The notes under the pieces: model-generated
The model's database searches: none
The model's input: the letters and a program-made list of their open reading frames with translations, nothing else
Told to the model about the DNA's origin: nothing
Program-made: the position numbers and the translations under genes
Shown here: positions 38,004 to 47,566 of the stretch, one piece after another
Position numbering within the stretch: position 1 is the stretch's first letter
How the letters are laid out: each line of letters opens with the position of its first letter
Assembly (NCBI GenBank): GCA_937921725.1
Contig: CAKZUH010000019.1
Span: 976 to 64,975, forward strand
Direction of reading: 5' to 3'
Length of the DNA: 64,000 nt
From: an uncultured Chloroflexota bacterium
Lineage (GTDB): Bacteria; Chloroflexota; Dormibacteria; Dormibacterales; Dormibacteraceae

Positions 38004-39266
38004 CTACCTCTGGCGGCCGCGCAGGTGAGCGACCACCGCGGTGAGGACCACGGCCAGGGCCCCCAGGCCCAGCGCGACGTACGGAAGCTGGGGCGAGGAC
38101 AGGATCTCGCTGAGCATGGAGCCCTGAGATCCCGACGCGCGGCTGCCGCTCGAAACCGGTGATTGCGGCGCGGGCGGTCCCTGGGGCGGGCCACCCGTGT
38201 CGTGATAGATCCACAACGAGGCGACATGGTCGGATGGCCGGAAGGTCGCGACGTAAAGCGTCGGACTCTCGTCGTTCGACACGGCGAGCGCCGAGACGGA
38301 AGCCTGAGGCGGCTGCAGCGACGTGAAGGTCTGACCCGCATCGTTGGTCCGCCACAGCCCGCCCGAACCGGAGCCGCCGCCGTCGCTCGCCGCGTAGAAA
38401 TGGTCCGAGTGGTCGGTGATGAATGCGATCTGAGTGAAATCCGTCGAGGGCAGCAGGCCCGGACCGCTGAGCGGGGTGAATGACGCTCCGTTGTCAGGCG
38501 ATTTGAAAAGTCCCGTGTTCGTGCCGACAAGGAGCGGCCGGACGTTGCCGGTCGGCGGTAGTGGCCCGCAAGCCATGCGGACTGTGATGGTGCCGCTGAT
38601 CGGCGGGCTCAGCTGGGTCCACGTCGTGCCCGCGTCGATGCTCTGGTAAAGCACGAGACCGGCCGTGGCGGCCTGCGCGTCGCTGCCGGCGACAAGCCTC
38701 ACCGGTTCGTGAATCGCTTCGACCGCGAGCGCGTTGATGCTCTGGTTGGACAGCCCGGACGGAGTCCATGTAAAACCGTCCTGGCTCAGGTAGATCCCGC
38801 GGTCCGTGCCTGCGGCGACCAGGGTAAGCGCAAACGCGAAGACGCGGACGCTGCGGCCTTCCAGCCCGGTCGCCGCCGACCACGAAGCGCCGCCATCCTT
38901 GCTCGCGAGCGCGCCCCCGCCGCGTGTCCCCGCGAGCACGACGTGTGCGGTGTACGGGTTGAAGCTGATGGTCGTGAGCGCGGCGGTGCCGGTATGCACC
39001 GTCGACCAGCTCGTGCCGCTGTTCGTGCTGCGCAGCAGCGAGCCCGCTGAGTTGCCCGCGAGAAGCAATTGATTGTCTGATGGATCCACCGCAAGCGCAA
39101 AGATCGGTGTGCGGCCCTGGTGCGGAAGTGGCTTGAGTGAAACCCACGTGGAGTCGGGTGGCGAATCGGCGACCACGCTCAACGCAGCGATCGCGATGAC
39201 CCAGAACGCAACGAGCGTCGCGAGAAGACGTGAGGCAAAAAGCGACACGAGCCTGCCGATTATCAC
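38004..39266 (-). CDS. BNR/Asp-box beta-propeller protein with N- and C-terminal TM anchors
   Basis: Repeats STNSGTSWS, SKDGGASWS, SQDGFTWT and SIDAGTTWT. C-terminal LPYVALGLGALAVVLTAVVAHLRGRQR. Confidence 0.8.
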   Translation of the reverse strand: MIIGRLVSLFASRLLATLVAFWVIAIAALSVVADSPPDSTWVSLKPLPHQGRTPIFALAVDPSDNQLLLAGNSAGSLLRSTNSGTSWSTVHTGTAALTTISFNPYTAHVVLAGTRGGGALASKDGGASWSAATGLEGRSVRVFAFALTLVAAGTDRGIYLSQDGFTWTPSGLSNQSINALAVEAIHEPVRLVAGSDAQAATAGLVLYQSIDAGTTWTQLSPPISGTITVRMACGPLPPTGNVRPLLVGTNTGLFKSPDNGASFTPLSGPGLLPSTDFTQIAFITDHSDHFYAASDGGGSGSGGLWRTNDAGQTFTSLQPPQASVSALAVSNDESPTLYVATFRPSDHVASLWIYHDTGGPPQGPPAPQSPVSSGSRASGSQGSMLSEILSSPQLPYVALGLGALAVVLTAVVAHLRGRQR

Positions 39267-39365
39267 TGAAGGCGGGTCGCCCGGTCACCTCCCCCGCGCC
39301 CCTCACCAGTGATCCCTCTCCCCTGAGGGGAGAGGGTGCCTGTGCCGTTTCCCTAAAATCCCTCC

Positions 39366-40367
39366 GTGCTCGTAAAAGCCGGCAGGTGGCTCGACCGTGC
39401 CGCTTTCAAACCCGCATCGCTGCCCGACGACCTCGTCACGGTGATCGCGCTGCTTCCGTGCGTCGTCGCCGGCCTGATCATCTTCCGTCTCGCCGCGGTT
39501 CAGATGCTCGCGATAGCTCTAGGGGTAGGCACGATTGGCTTGATCGCGAGCTACTTCGTATTGCGTCATCAAGCTCCGCGCCGCGCCGCGAGCTCGCTCA
39601 TCGCCGCCGTGTTCGGCGTGGCCCTGGTCGGGGCCGGGGCGAGCCTGCTCATCTCGATCGAGATCGCGGTCCTCGCCGTGGTCCTGGAGCTGCTGCGCGC
39701 GCGTTACATGCCGGCCATCCGGGCACAGGCGGGGCTGCTTGCATTCGCCGCGGTCGCGCTCGCCACGCGAGGCGCGCCGCTCACATACCTCAACCCGAAC
39801 GGCAAGACTTTCGGCGATCCGATCGATCCCATCGATACGTGGTTCCGTTTCTTCCACCAGTCATCGTGGACGCTCGATCCGATCCGCCTCTATGTCGGCA
39901 ACGTATCGGGACCGGTTTTCGCGACGTCGCTCCTCGCGGTTGCGATCGGAATCGCGTGGCTCGCCTATGCGCGGCGCGTCAGCCTCGTCGTCCTGGTCGC
40001 CTTCCTCGCGGGAGCGCTGCTCGCCATCTACACATTCCACTGGGATGCGCTGTTCCAATTGGACAGCGGCCCGACATGGTTCGTCGCCGGATTGCTGCTC
40101 GCGGACCGCCGGCTTCTTCCTGACTCGTGGCCGGTCCGGCCGACTCTGGGTTTCGCGGCCGGTCTTTTCGCGATCGGATTGAGGCACGACGGCTATGGGA
40201 TCCAGGCCGCGATCTACACGGTCGCCGCCGTGCAGGCGGTGATGGCCGTGCTCGTGATCGTTCTGTGGTCGGCGTCGGTCGCGATGGAGCGATGGAAGCG
40301 AGCGCGAAGGCTGCGTCAGCGCGAGGCCAACCTCCGCGTCGTCAAGACCATCTCGCGGGCCGGTTAG
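39366..40367 (+). CDS. Polytopic membrane protein, weakly RnfD/NqrB-like
   Basis: About 8 TM helices. The N-terminus VTVIALLPCVVAGLIIF resembles RnfD-type starts. No FMN-attachment motif confirmed. Confidence 0.55.
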   Translation: MLVKAGRWLDRAAFKPASLPDDLVTVIALLPCVVAGLIIFRLAAVQMLAIALGVGTIGLIASYFVLRHQAPRRAASSLIAAVFGVALVGAGASLLISIEIAVLAVVLELLRARYMPAIRAQAGLLAFAAVALATRGAPLTYLNPNGKTFGDPIDPIDTWFRFFHQSSWTLDPIRLYVGNVSGPVFATSLLAVAIGIAWLAYARRVSLVVLVAFLAGALLAIYTFHWDALFQLDSGPTWFVAGLLLADRRLLPDSWPVRPTLGFAAGLFAIGLRHDGYGIQAAIYTVAAVQAVMAVLVIVLWSASVAMERWKRARRLRQREANLRVVKTISRAG

Positions 40368-41497
40368 GCGGCGACCAGCTCGGCTTTCGCGAGTCCCAGC
40401 GACGCCGCGAGAGACTCGGCGCGCTCCTTGACCTTGGCCCGCACCTGAGCCGTCAAGCGATGGAACGGCTGGACCGACACTCTCATCGTCTTGCCCGACA
40501 CCACGTAGGACCAGGTGCCGGCCACGGCGCCGTCGACCAGGACCACCGGCGAGATCCAGCCCGCCGTGCGGCTGACCTTCGAGCGATGCACCGGGTCGAA
40601 GAGATGATCGCGACTGGCGTAACCCATCAGGTAGGGATCGAAGGCCGGCAGCAGCTGAACCGATCCGGTCGGGGCGCTGGGGAGACGCTCGAGGTCGGAG
40701 GTGAGGATCTGCGCGCTGAAGCCTTCGACCGAAACGGTGGTCAGCTCCGAGGCGATGGCCGACCAGGCCGCGTTGGCCACCCCTGACCAGGTTCCCCACC
40801 ACCTGACGAAGTCGTGCTTCGTTGCCGGGCCGAAGGCGCGCAGGTAGCGGCGCGCCACCTCGGCGAGAGCCACCTCAGGGTCGACCTTCTGCCATGAGCC
40901 GATCCAGTTCTCTGGGCGCACGAAGGTGACGCTCTGGCCGCGGCTGGGCCCGAAGCACAGCCCCCCGGCTCGCGCCACAGGCTTGAGGAATCCGCCCCAA
41001 CCGGATTTGAGCCACTCCCGCACCTTCTCCGACTGTCCTTTTCCAGCGACCGCGATGATCTCTTCCCTCGTCATCGGCCGGCCGTTCAGGGCGCCGCCGA
41101 TGGTCTCGATCAGCTTGATGAGCTCCGGCTCCGTCAACCCGAAGTACTTGAGCCAGCTGTTCCTGGCTCTCATCCAGTGCCCGCTCATCGCGGCCGAGTA
41201 GACCGGGAGGTCCTTCGCGGGGATGAGATGCAGCGTGCCCCGCATCAGCCAGGTCTTGACGAGAGTTCTGTCGTTCCACAACGCCTTCCGAACGTCGGTC
41301 ACCGGGCGTCCGGTGCGCACCGCTAGCTGAAGCTCCGCGGCGGACATGACTTGCGCCTGGGCGCCGCCGATGTCGCCGGCCACCTTGATCAGGTCTTGTT
41401 TGCCAGCCGGCACGAGGTGTTGGCGCTGCATCCGGAAGGCGTGGACCTGCGGCCATATGAGCTCGGCCTCGGCGGTTGATTTCGTTTTCCCGACCAC
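40364..41497 (-). CDS. Winged-helix YcaQ/AlkZ-family DNA glycosylase-like protein
   Basis: The N-terminus VHAFRMQRQHL...IGGAQAQ and the overall length match the YcaQ (DUF1006) family as I recall it. Confidence 0.78.
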   Translation of the reverse strand: MVGKTKSTAEAELIWPQVHAFRMQRQHLVPAGKQDLIKVAGDIGGAQAQVMSAAELQLAVRTGRPVTDVRKALWNDRTLVKTWLMRGTLHLIPAKDLPVYSAAMSGHWMRARNSWLKYFGLTEPELIKLIETIGGALNGRPMTREEIIAVAGKGQSEKVREWLKSGWGGFLKPVARAGGLCFGPSRGQSVTFVRPENWIGSWQKVDPEVALAEVARRYLRAFGPATKHDFVRWWGTWSGVANAAWSAIASELTTVSVEGFSAQILTSDLERLPSAPTGSVQLLPAFDPYLMGYASRDHLFDPVHRSKVSRTAGWISPVVLVDGAVAGTWSYVVSGKTMRVSVQPFHRLTAQVRAKVKERAESLAASLGLAKAELVAA

Positions 41498-41517
41498 GGA
41501 GAGATGATCGGGCTAAA

Positions 41518-42693
41518 TCAGCTCAGCCTGGAGGGAAGCGACCCCACATCGGTCCATTGATCGCCGCCGTCGTCGGTCACCCAGAGGGAACGCGATCTAT
41601 CGAGGGCCCAACCCCCGCTGGCGCTCCCAAAGCGGATGAAAGTGAACTGAACCCCGTACTGCGACAACTCAGACCACGTTTTGCCCCCGTCGCGGGTCAC
41701 CATCGATCCCTGCCAGCTCGCGACGTAGGCCACTCCGGTGCGATTCGAGACAAGCGACTCCGGAACGGGGCCCGCGATGGGCGTGGCGTCGCGAGGTGAC
41801 CATGATTTGCCGCCGTCTTCCGAGACGAACAGGGACTTGCTCGTGGCCGCGCCGTTCGCATCCGGGTATCCGACGCATGCTTCCCAGAGCTCGACGCCGT
41901 CGACAGTTGTGGCATAGCCGCGAAACGGATTGCCGGTGCACCTGGACTTGATGGACCGCCACGTGACGCCCGCGTCTGTGGTCATCTCGATGTCGCCGGT
42001 TGGAACGCTCGACATGATCAGGCCGTCGGGGAAGGCGACCGGCGCCTCAGGCGAGAAGCCGACCGGCAGCTGGTGGGGCGCCAACCAGGTATGGCCGGCA
42101 TCGGTGCTGGAACGAACCTCGAGCTGGCACGGCGTGCCCTTGGGGCAGGGATAAGTCGTGGCCCACGCCCGGTTGCCGCTGACGGCGATGCTGTAGACGA
42201 AAACGGCGGGCACGGGCAGCCTTTGCCAGCTCTTGCCCCCATCGTGAGTGACGTACGCGCCGCTGATCCCGTAGACAAAACCGTCCAGCAGGTTGGCGAA
42301 CCTGATCGTTCGCGGCGCGTCCCCGTCGTAGGAGGGAAAGGAAGGGCCGACCTGCACGGGGTGCGACCAGGATCGGCCGCTGTCCAGCGTGCCTGTCACC
42401 GCGTAGTAGCAGGTGCTGGCGATCGGGCAGTTCGTGACGAGCATCCAGGCTGTCGTGCGGTCGAGCACATCTTGATCCACCGCGAACAGACCGCCAGGTG
42501 AGGGGCTTGGGGACGGGAGCTCGACGGGCAGCGGGGTCGGAGAGGGCGTCGTACGAGCCTGGGGAGGCATGGGGTGAATGCCCCCGGTGCGCTGGACATG
42601 GAGCGCACCCGAGGCCGCGCCGTAGGCGACCGCCGCGATGAGCAGGGTGGCCAGGACGGTGATCGCGACGCCGGAGATCGATACGCCTTTCAT
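41518..42693 (-). CDS. BNR/Asp-box beta-propeller protein, N-terminal anchor
   Basis: Seven SxDxGxxW-like boxes: LDSGRSWS, HDGGKSWQ, TDAGHTWL, TDAGVTWR, EDGGKSWS, RDGGKTWS and DDGGDQWT. Confidence 0.85.
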   Translation of the reverse strand: MKGVSISGVAITVLATLLIAAVAYGAASGALHVQRTGGIHPMPPQARTTPSPTPLPVELPSPSPSPGGLFAVDQDVLDRTTAWMLVTNCPIASTCYYAVTGTLDSGRSWSHPVQVGPSFPSYDGDAPRTIRFANLLDGFVYGISGAYVTHDGGKSWQRLPVPAVFVYSIAVSGNRAWATTYPCPKGTPCQLEVRSSTDAGHTWLAPHQLPVGFSPEAPVAFPDGLIMSSVPTGDIEMTTDAGVTWRSIKSRCTGNPFRGYATTVDGVELWEACVGYPDANGAATSKSLFVSEDGGKSWSPRDATPIAGPVPESLVSNRTGVAYVASWQGSMVTRDGGKTWSELSQYGVQFTFIRFGSASGGWALDRSRSLWVTDDGGDQWTDVGSLPSRLS

Positions 42694-42733
42694 TTATTGA
42701 TTAAAGACGCAACGCGGGCTGTTTGGTTACGGG

Positions 42734-44023
42734 TCAGTCGAACAGCTTGCGGCCCCGCGTCACGAACTGGTCCCGGCGGGGTCCGGTGCCGATGAGCTCG
42801 ATCGGGGCGCCGACCAGTTCGCCGATCCGCTCGATGTAGTCGCGGCAGGCTTGGGGCAAGTCGTCCCAGCATTTCGCGGCTCCGATCTCCTGCCGCCAAC
42901 CCGGCATCTCCTCGTAGATCGGTGTGCAGTGCTTGTAGTGCGAGATGTTGGCGAGCGGGTGGCCGAAGTGCGTGCCCCGGAACTCGTAGCCGGTGCAGAC
43001 CTTGAGCAGAGGCTGGTCGTCGAGGATGTCCAGCCGCATCAAGGCGGCGACGCCCACCCCGTTGAGGCGCACCGCGTAGCGCGCCACGGCGGCGTCGAAC
43101 CAGCCGATGCGGCGGGGCCTGCCGGTGACCGTGCCGAACTCGTGGCCGCGTTCGCGGATCTGGTCCCCCACCTCGTCCAGCAGCTCGGACGGAAACGGGC
43201 CGTAGCCGACGCGCGACGTGTAGGCCTTGAAGACGCCGATCGTCAGGTCGACGCGGGTTGGCGGGATGCCGCTGCCGGTCAAGGCGCCGCCGGCTGTCGG
43301 GTTCGAGCTCGTGACGTAGGGATATGTGCCGAAGTCCAGGTCGAGCATGGTGGCCTGCGCGCCCTCGAGCAGGATGTTGGCCTTGCGGTCGAGCGCATCC
43401 TGGATCATCGGGAAGGTGTCCTTGATGTAGGGGTCGAGCTCTTTGGCGTAACCCATGTACTCGTCGAGCATGCGTGACCAGTCGTAGGCGTCCTTGCCGT
43501 AGAGCTTTTCGAGGATCGGGTTCTTCACCTGGTCGACGACGAAGGCGAGCTTCTTGCGCATGAAGGCCTCTTTCTGGAGGTCGCCGATGCGGAAGCCGAT
43601 GCGGCGGATCTTGTCCGCGTACGCGGGGCCGATGCCGCGCCAGGTGGTGCCGAGCCGGTCGTCTCCTCGCACGTCCTCCTCGAGCTGGTCGAAGAGCGGG
43701 TGGTAGCGCATCACCATGTGCGCGCGCTCGCTCACGACGAGGTTCTTGGGCTCGATGCCACGCTCCCTCAGCTGGGCGATCTCCTTGAGCAGTACGGTCG
43801 GGTCGACGACGACGCCGTTGCCGATGACGCACACGCAGTGCGGGTAGAGGATGCCCGAAGGGATCAGCTGGAACTTGAACTCGCCGTGCTCGGTGATGAC
43901 GGTGTGGCCGGCGTTGTTGCCGCCCTGGGAGCGGATGACCATCTCGGCCTTCTCGGCGAGGTAATCGATGACCTTGCCCTTGCCTTCGTCGCCCCACTGG
44001 CCGCCGACGAGGATGATGACCAA
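42734..44023 (-). CDS. purA: Adenylosuccinate synthase
   Basis: GGQWGDEGKGKVID...GGNNAGHT...GTTWRGIGPAY, a full-length match to PurA signatures. Confidence 0.96.
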   Translation of the reverse strand: MVIILVGGQWGDEGKGKVIDYLAEKAEMVIRSQGGNNAGHTVITEHGEFKFQLIPSGILYPHCVCVIGNGVVVDPTVLLKEIAQLRERGIEPKNLVVSERAHMVMRYHPLFDQLEEDVRGDDRLGTTWRGIGPAYADKIRRIGFRIGDLQKEAFMRKKLAFVVDQVKNPILEKLYGKDAYDWSRMLDEYMGYAKELDPYIKDTFPMIQDALDRKANILLEGAQATMLDLDFGTYPYVTSSNPTAGGALTGSGIPPTRVDLTIGVFKAYTSRVGYGPFPSELLDEVGDQIRERGHEFGTVTGRPRRIGWFDAAVARYAVRLNGVGVAALMRLDILDDQPLLKVCTGYEFRGTHFGHPLANISHYKHCTPIYEEMPGWRQEIGAAKCWDDLPQACRDYIERIGELVGAPIELIGTGPRRDQFVTRGRKLFD

Positions 44024-44028
44024 AGGGG

Positions 44029-46620
44029 TTACTCGGTCCCGGGCTCGGGCCGCCTCGTCTCCAGGTTGTAGAAGCGGGTGTGGTCGCGACGGAACTTGAG
44101 CTCGATCATCCCCGTGGGGCCATTGCGATGCTTGGAAACAATGACCTCGGCGATCCCTGGCTTTTCATCAGATTTATAGTATTCTGGCCTATAAAGAAAT
44201 ATGACAACGTCACTATCCTGTTCTATGCTACCCGATTCGCGTAGATCGCTCAGGATTGGACGCTTGTCGGGGCGTTGCTCGGGTGCGCGACTCAACTGCG
44301 AAATCGCGATCACCGGGATGCGAAGTTCACGGGCCAGGCCCTTCAAAGCACGAGATATGGCTGAGACTTCCTGAACGCGGTTGTCATCGCCCCGAGCGCG
44401 GCCGTGCATTAGCTGCAGATAGTCGATAAGGATCATGTCGATGTTGTGCCGCATTTTGGCTTGACGCGCTTTCAACTGCAGCGTGAGCTCATCCATCACC
44501 GGCGTGTCATCTATGTAGATTGCAGCCTCGCCCAGCGGTCCGAGTGCATTGGAGACGCGATCGAACTCTGCTTCCGTTAGCAGCCCACGGTGCATTCGCT
44601 GCGCGTCGATTTGGGCTTGTTCGGTCAGGAGCCTCTCAGTTAGTTGCTCCTTCGACATCTCGAGGCTGAAGATGGCGAGCGACTTCTTGGCTTCAAGTGC
44701 CGCGTGAAGACCGACGTTCAGGATGAAGGACGTGTTGTGAACCAGGATGTCCTGCGCGATGAAGTTGCTCGTTTCTGGAACCGTCAGGTCATACACCTGA
44801 TGCTCGCCAGTGGGAACGATCGAGATGACCTCATCCCAATAGATCTGGTCGCTCGCCAGCTGTGAAAGCCGACTGTCGCGAAGGACATCCGCGTAATTGG
44901 CGAGACGGCCCTGGCTAATTTTGCGCGAAGTGTGCGGATTGAAGCCGCGTAAACCGGCACCTTTCTCTCCTGCACGAACTGCGAGCTGAGTCAGCGTCAA
45001 CCCACGCTCCAACGTGGCGATTCGGATGTCTTGCCAAATCTCGTTTGGCACATACCCGAGGTTGCTGCGCCGAGGTTCGGTGAAACGCTTGAACCTACGA
45101 GACTTCTCGCCTATCCATCCAATTTCCCGCTGGTAAATCTCGACTGATGCGGGCTGAGTGATCTCGACCCGCCAGCATCGATCCTTCTTTTTCCAGAGCT
45201 TCGACACGATCCCGAAGCGAACGAATGCGTGATGAACGTCCTCTGCCAATTCCTGGGATGCGACCGCGAATTCGATTCTGGGGTAGCCCCCCATCGAGTA
45301 AATCGTGCCGTCACAGCTCATGATCGCCTTGATCAGCTCAGCCAGACCTTTGCGATCCCACGTCCAAACAATCGCGGGGAACCTCTTGTGCTCGGCTCTC
45401 TTCCCCCACAGGCCGAGTTCTTTCAGCCATGACTTGACCGGATTTGTCATGCCAAATTTCGTGCGCCTACAGGCGTAATACGCGATTCCCCGTTGACGGA
45501 TATAAGTGCCCGGGAAGAACAACGTCACTGTCGAGCAGTAGTCAGCGACTATGTCGCGATCTGTGTTAGTGATGCTCGGGCCAGAGCCGGTCAGCGCTCC
45601 TTCGGCGATGTAGTAACCAATTAGTCGGATCATCTCGAAAGGGGTCGACTGATCGTGCCCGAAGCAGTTGATTACCCGCGGTACAGCAATCCGATCGCCA
45701 ATAACGATGTCGTGGAGCGGCTGCCACCCTCTGACTGTCAGGAAGGGATGGTGTCCCGTGACCTCGACCGACCGACCACTCCGGGTGGTGACCCGGAAAC
45801 AAGGTTTGACTCCGCTGTCGACCCAGGCGGCGATATCCTTCGGCTTGATCGCGCCGTCTTGTCCGAAGCCAAAGACAAGAGGCATGTTTCGACTAACGGC
45901 TTCTTCGATTGTCAGCCGCTCTCCCGTCGTAGGGTTGACGATAAGACTGTCATTTTTTACGCACTTCCCCATCGCCGGACGTCCCGCGACGATGATCAGG
46001 TCTGAGTCCTTGAACCCGCTTGTCATGCGGTCCAGGTCGTGGAATCCCGATGGGATCCCGACGATCCCCTGGCCACTCTCCATCTGCAAAGAGATCCGCT
46101 CCATCGCCGGCCCGAGCAAGTCGTACAGGCGCGCCAGCTCGCGCTGGTCCCGGTCGTCGGCCACGCCGAACACCAACGACTGCGCCTGATTGATCGCGTC
46201 CTCGGCCTCAATCGAGTCGTCGTAGCCGTATCCCGCGATGTTTCCACCCGCCGAGATCAGGCGCCGCTTATACGCCTTCTCCTTGACGATCCTGGCGTAG
46301 TACTCGATGTTCGCCGCGGTCGGCACCGCGCTCTGCATCGACGCGAGGTGCGCGCGCCCTCCGACCCGATCGAGCAGCTGCATCGTCTGCAGCTGCGCCG
46401 CCAACGTGACGTTGTCGATCGGCTCACCCGCGGCGAACAAGTCCAACGCCGCGCGGTAGATCTGCCCGTTGTTCTCCCGATAGAAGTCGTCAGGGCGCAG
46501 GAACTGAAGCACCTTGGCGATCGAAAGCGGGTCGAGGAGGATCGATCCGATGATCGACATCTCGGCATCGAGGTCATGCGGTGGTATCCGCCCTGCGGCG
46601 AGTGGAAGCGTGGTCGCCAT
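44029..46620 (-). CDS. dnaB: Replicative DNA helicase DnaB, interrupted by an intein
   Basis: N-extein of 219 aa ends in the Walker A motif AGRPAMGK. C-extein of 234 aa starts TSFILNVG and carries SQLSR and RESGSIEQDSD. The exteins sum to 453 aa, a normal DnaB length. Confidence 0.95.
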   Translation of the reverse strand: MATTLPLAAGRIPPHDLDAEMSIIGSILLDPLSIAKVLQFLRPDDFYRENNGQIYRAALDLFAAGEPIDNVTLAAQLQTMQLLDRVGGRAHLASMQSAVPTAANIEYYARIVKEKAYKRRLISAGGNIAGYGYDDSIEAEDAINQAQSLVFGVADDRDQRELARLYDLLGPAMERISLQMESGQGIVGIPSGFHDLDRMTSGFKDSDLIIVAGRPAMGKCVKNDSLIVNPTTGERLTIEEAVSRNMPLVFGFGQDGAIKPKDIAAWVDSGVKPCFRVTTRSGRSVEVTGHHPFLTVRGWQPLHDIVIGDRIAVPRVINCFGHDQSTPFEMIRLIGYYIAEGALTGSGPSITNTDRDIVADYCSTVTLFFPGTYIRQRGIAYYACRRTKFGMTNPVKSWLKELGLWGKRAEHKRFPAIVWTWDRKGLAELIKAIMSCDGTIYSMGGYPRIEFAVASQELAEDVHHAFVRFGIVSKLWKKKDRCWRVEITQPASVEIYQREIGWIGEKSRRFKRFTEPRRSNLGYVPNEIWQDIRIATLERGLTLTQLAVRAGEKGAGLRGFNPHTSRKISQGRLANYADVLRDSRLSQLASDQIYWDEVISIVPTGEHQVYDLTVPETSNFIAQDILVHNTSFILNVGLHAALEAKKSLAIFSLEMSKEQLTERLLTEQAQIDAQRMHRGLLTEAEFDRVSNALGPLGEAAIYIDDTPVMDELTLQLKARQAKMRHNIDMILIDYLQLMHGRARGDDNRVQEVSAISRALKGLARELRIPVIAISQLSRAPEQRPDKRPILSDLRESGSIEQDSDVVIFLYRPEYYKSDEKPGIAEVIVSKHRNGPTGMIELKFRRDHTRFYNLETRRPEPGTE
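44734..45963 (-). mobile_element. DnaB P-loop intein (410 aa) with LAGLIDADG homing-endonuclease domain
   Basis: Starts at Cys (CVKNDSLIV). Block B is VTGHHPF and it ends ...ILVHN followed by Thr+1. LAGLIDADG-like motifs are LIGYYIAEGA and LIKAIMSCDGTIY. Codon positions were checked against the DNA. Confidence 0.9.
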
Positions 46621-46631
46621 GCTGGTTTCTG

Positions 46632-47081
46632 TTAGCGGTCCTGCGTGACGATCACGTTGACGTGCGCGCTCACGTCGCGGTGCAGCTTGAGCGATACCTG
46701 GTGCTCACCCAGCGTCCTGATGGGCTCCTTCAGGTCGATCTTGTGCCGGTCGATCTCGACGCGGTGCTGCGCCTTCAGAGCCGACGCGACGTCCTGGTTG
46801 GTGATCGAGCCGAACGCCTTGTCCTCGGCCCCCACCTTCAGGCGAACCACGACCGTCTTGTTGTCGATCTGGTCCGCCACCGCCTGCGCTTCGCTGCGCT
46901 CCTTCGTCTCGCGCTTGGTGGCGGCGTCGCGGAGCCGCTTCGCCTCCGCCTCAGCGCCCTTTCCGGCCGGCACCGCCAGCTTGCGCCGCAGCAGGAAGTT
47001 GCGGCCGTATCCATCGGCCACTTCCTTCACGTCGCCGGCATGACCGACGTTCTCAACGTCCTTCGTCAGCAAGACCCGCAA
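46632..47081 (-). CDS. rplI: 50S ribosomal protein L9
   Basis: MRVLLTKDVENVGHAGDVKEVADGYGRNFL. 149 aa. Confidence 0.95.
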   Translation of the reverse strand: MRVLLTKDVENVGHAGDVKEVADGYGRNFLLRRKLAVPAGKGAEAEAKRLRDAATKRETKERSEAQAVADQIDNKTVVVRLKVGAEDKAFGSITNQDVASALKAQHRVEIDRHKIDLKEPIRTLGEHQVSLKLHRDVSAHVNVIVTQDR

Positions 47082-47082
47082 T

Positions 47083-47511
47083 TCACCCGACCTCCGACAT
47101 GGATTGAAATTCGTCGCGGTGGCGGACTCGCGAACGGATACGGCCGATCAAACGGTAGATCCCATGGCGCGCAGCACCAACTGTGTCGCGCACGTCACGG
47201 TCCCAGACGCTCTGCTTGGCCTGCAACGCGGCCTCGTGCTCGTTCCTGATCTCCTCGGGGCACGCTTCGATGAAAGTCTCCACGGCCAGTATCGCCAGTG
47301 CCAGCATGTCCAGCTCGCCCACGACCGGGATCCACGCCGGGAGGTCGAGCGGGCTGACGATGATGCCAAGCGCCGCGAGCAGAGCCGCCTTCGGGCCGCG
47401 CGGGATTCGTTCGTCGCGCAGAAGGCAATAGGCAAGCTTGCCGTGTCTCGGCACGTCGAACAGGATCGTTTTTGCCCGCGAAAGTATGGATGGCATGGGG
47501 GGGGCCGCCAA
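47083..47511 (-). CDS. DUF1232 (YkvA-like) membrane protein
   Basis: SPLDLPAWIPVVGELDMLALA matches the DUF1232 core as recalled. Its stop is 1 nt from the rplI start. Confidence 0.68.
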   Translation of the reverse strand: MAAPPMPSILSRAKTILFDVPRHGKLAYCLLRDERIPRGPKAALLAALGIIVSPLDLPAWIPVVGELDMLALAILAVETFIEACPEEIRNEHEAALQAKQSVWDRDVRDTVGAARHGIYRLIGRIRSRVRHRDEFQSMSEVG

Positions 47512-47566
47512 AGACTACAGCAGTCCATCACCCCAAAGAAACCCGATTAACAGTAGCCTTCCCTCC

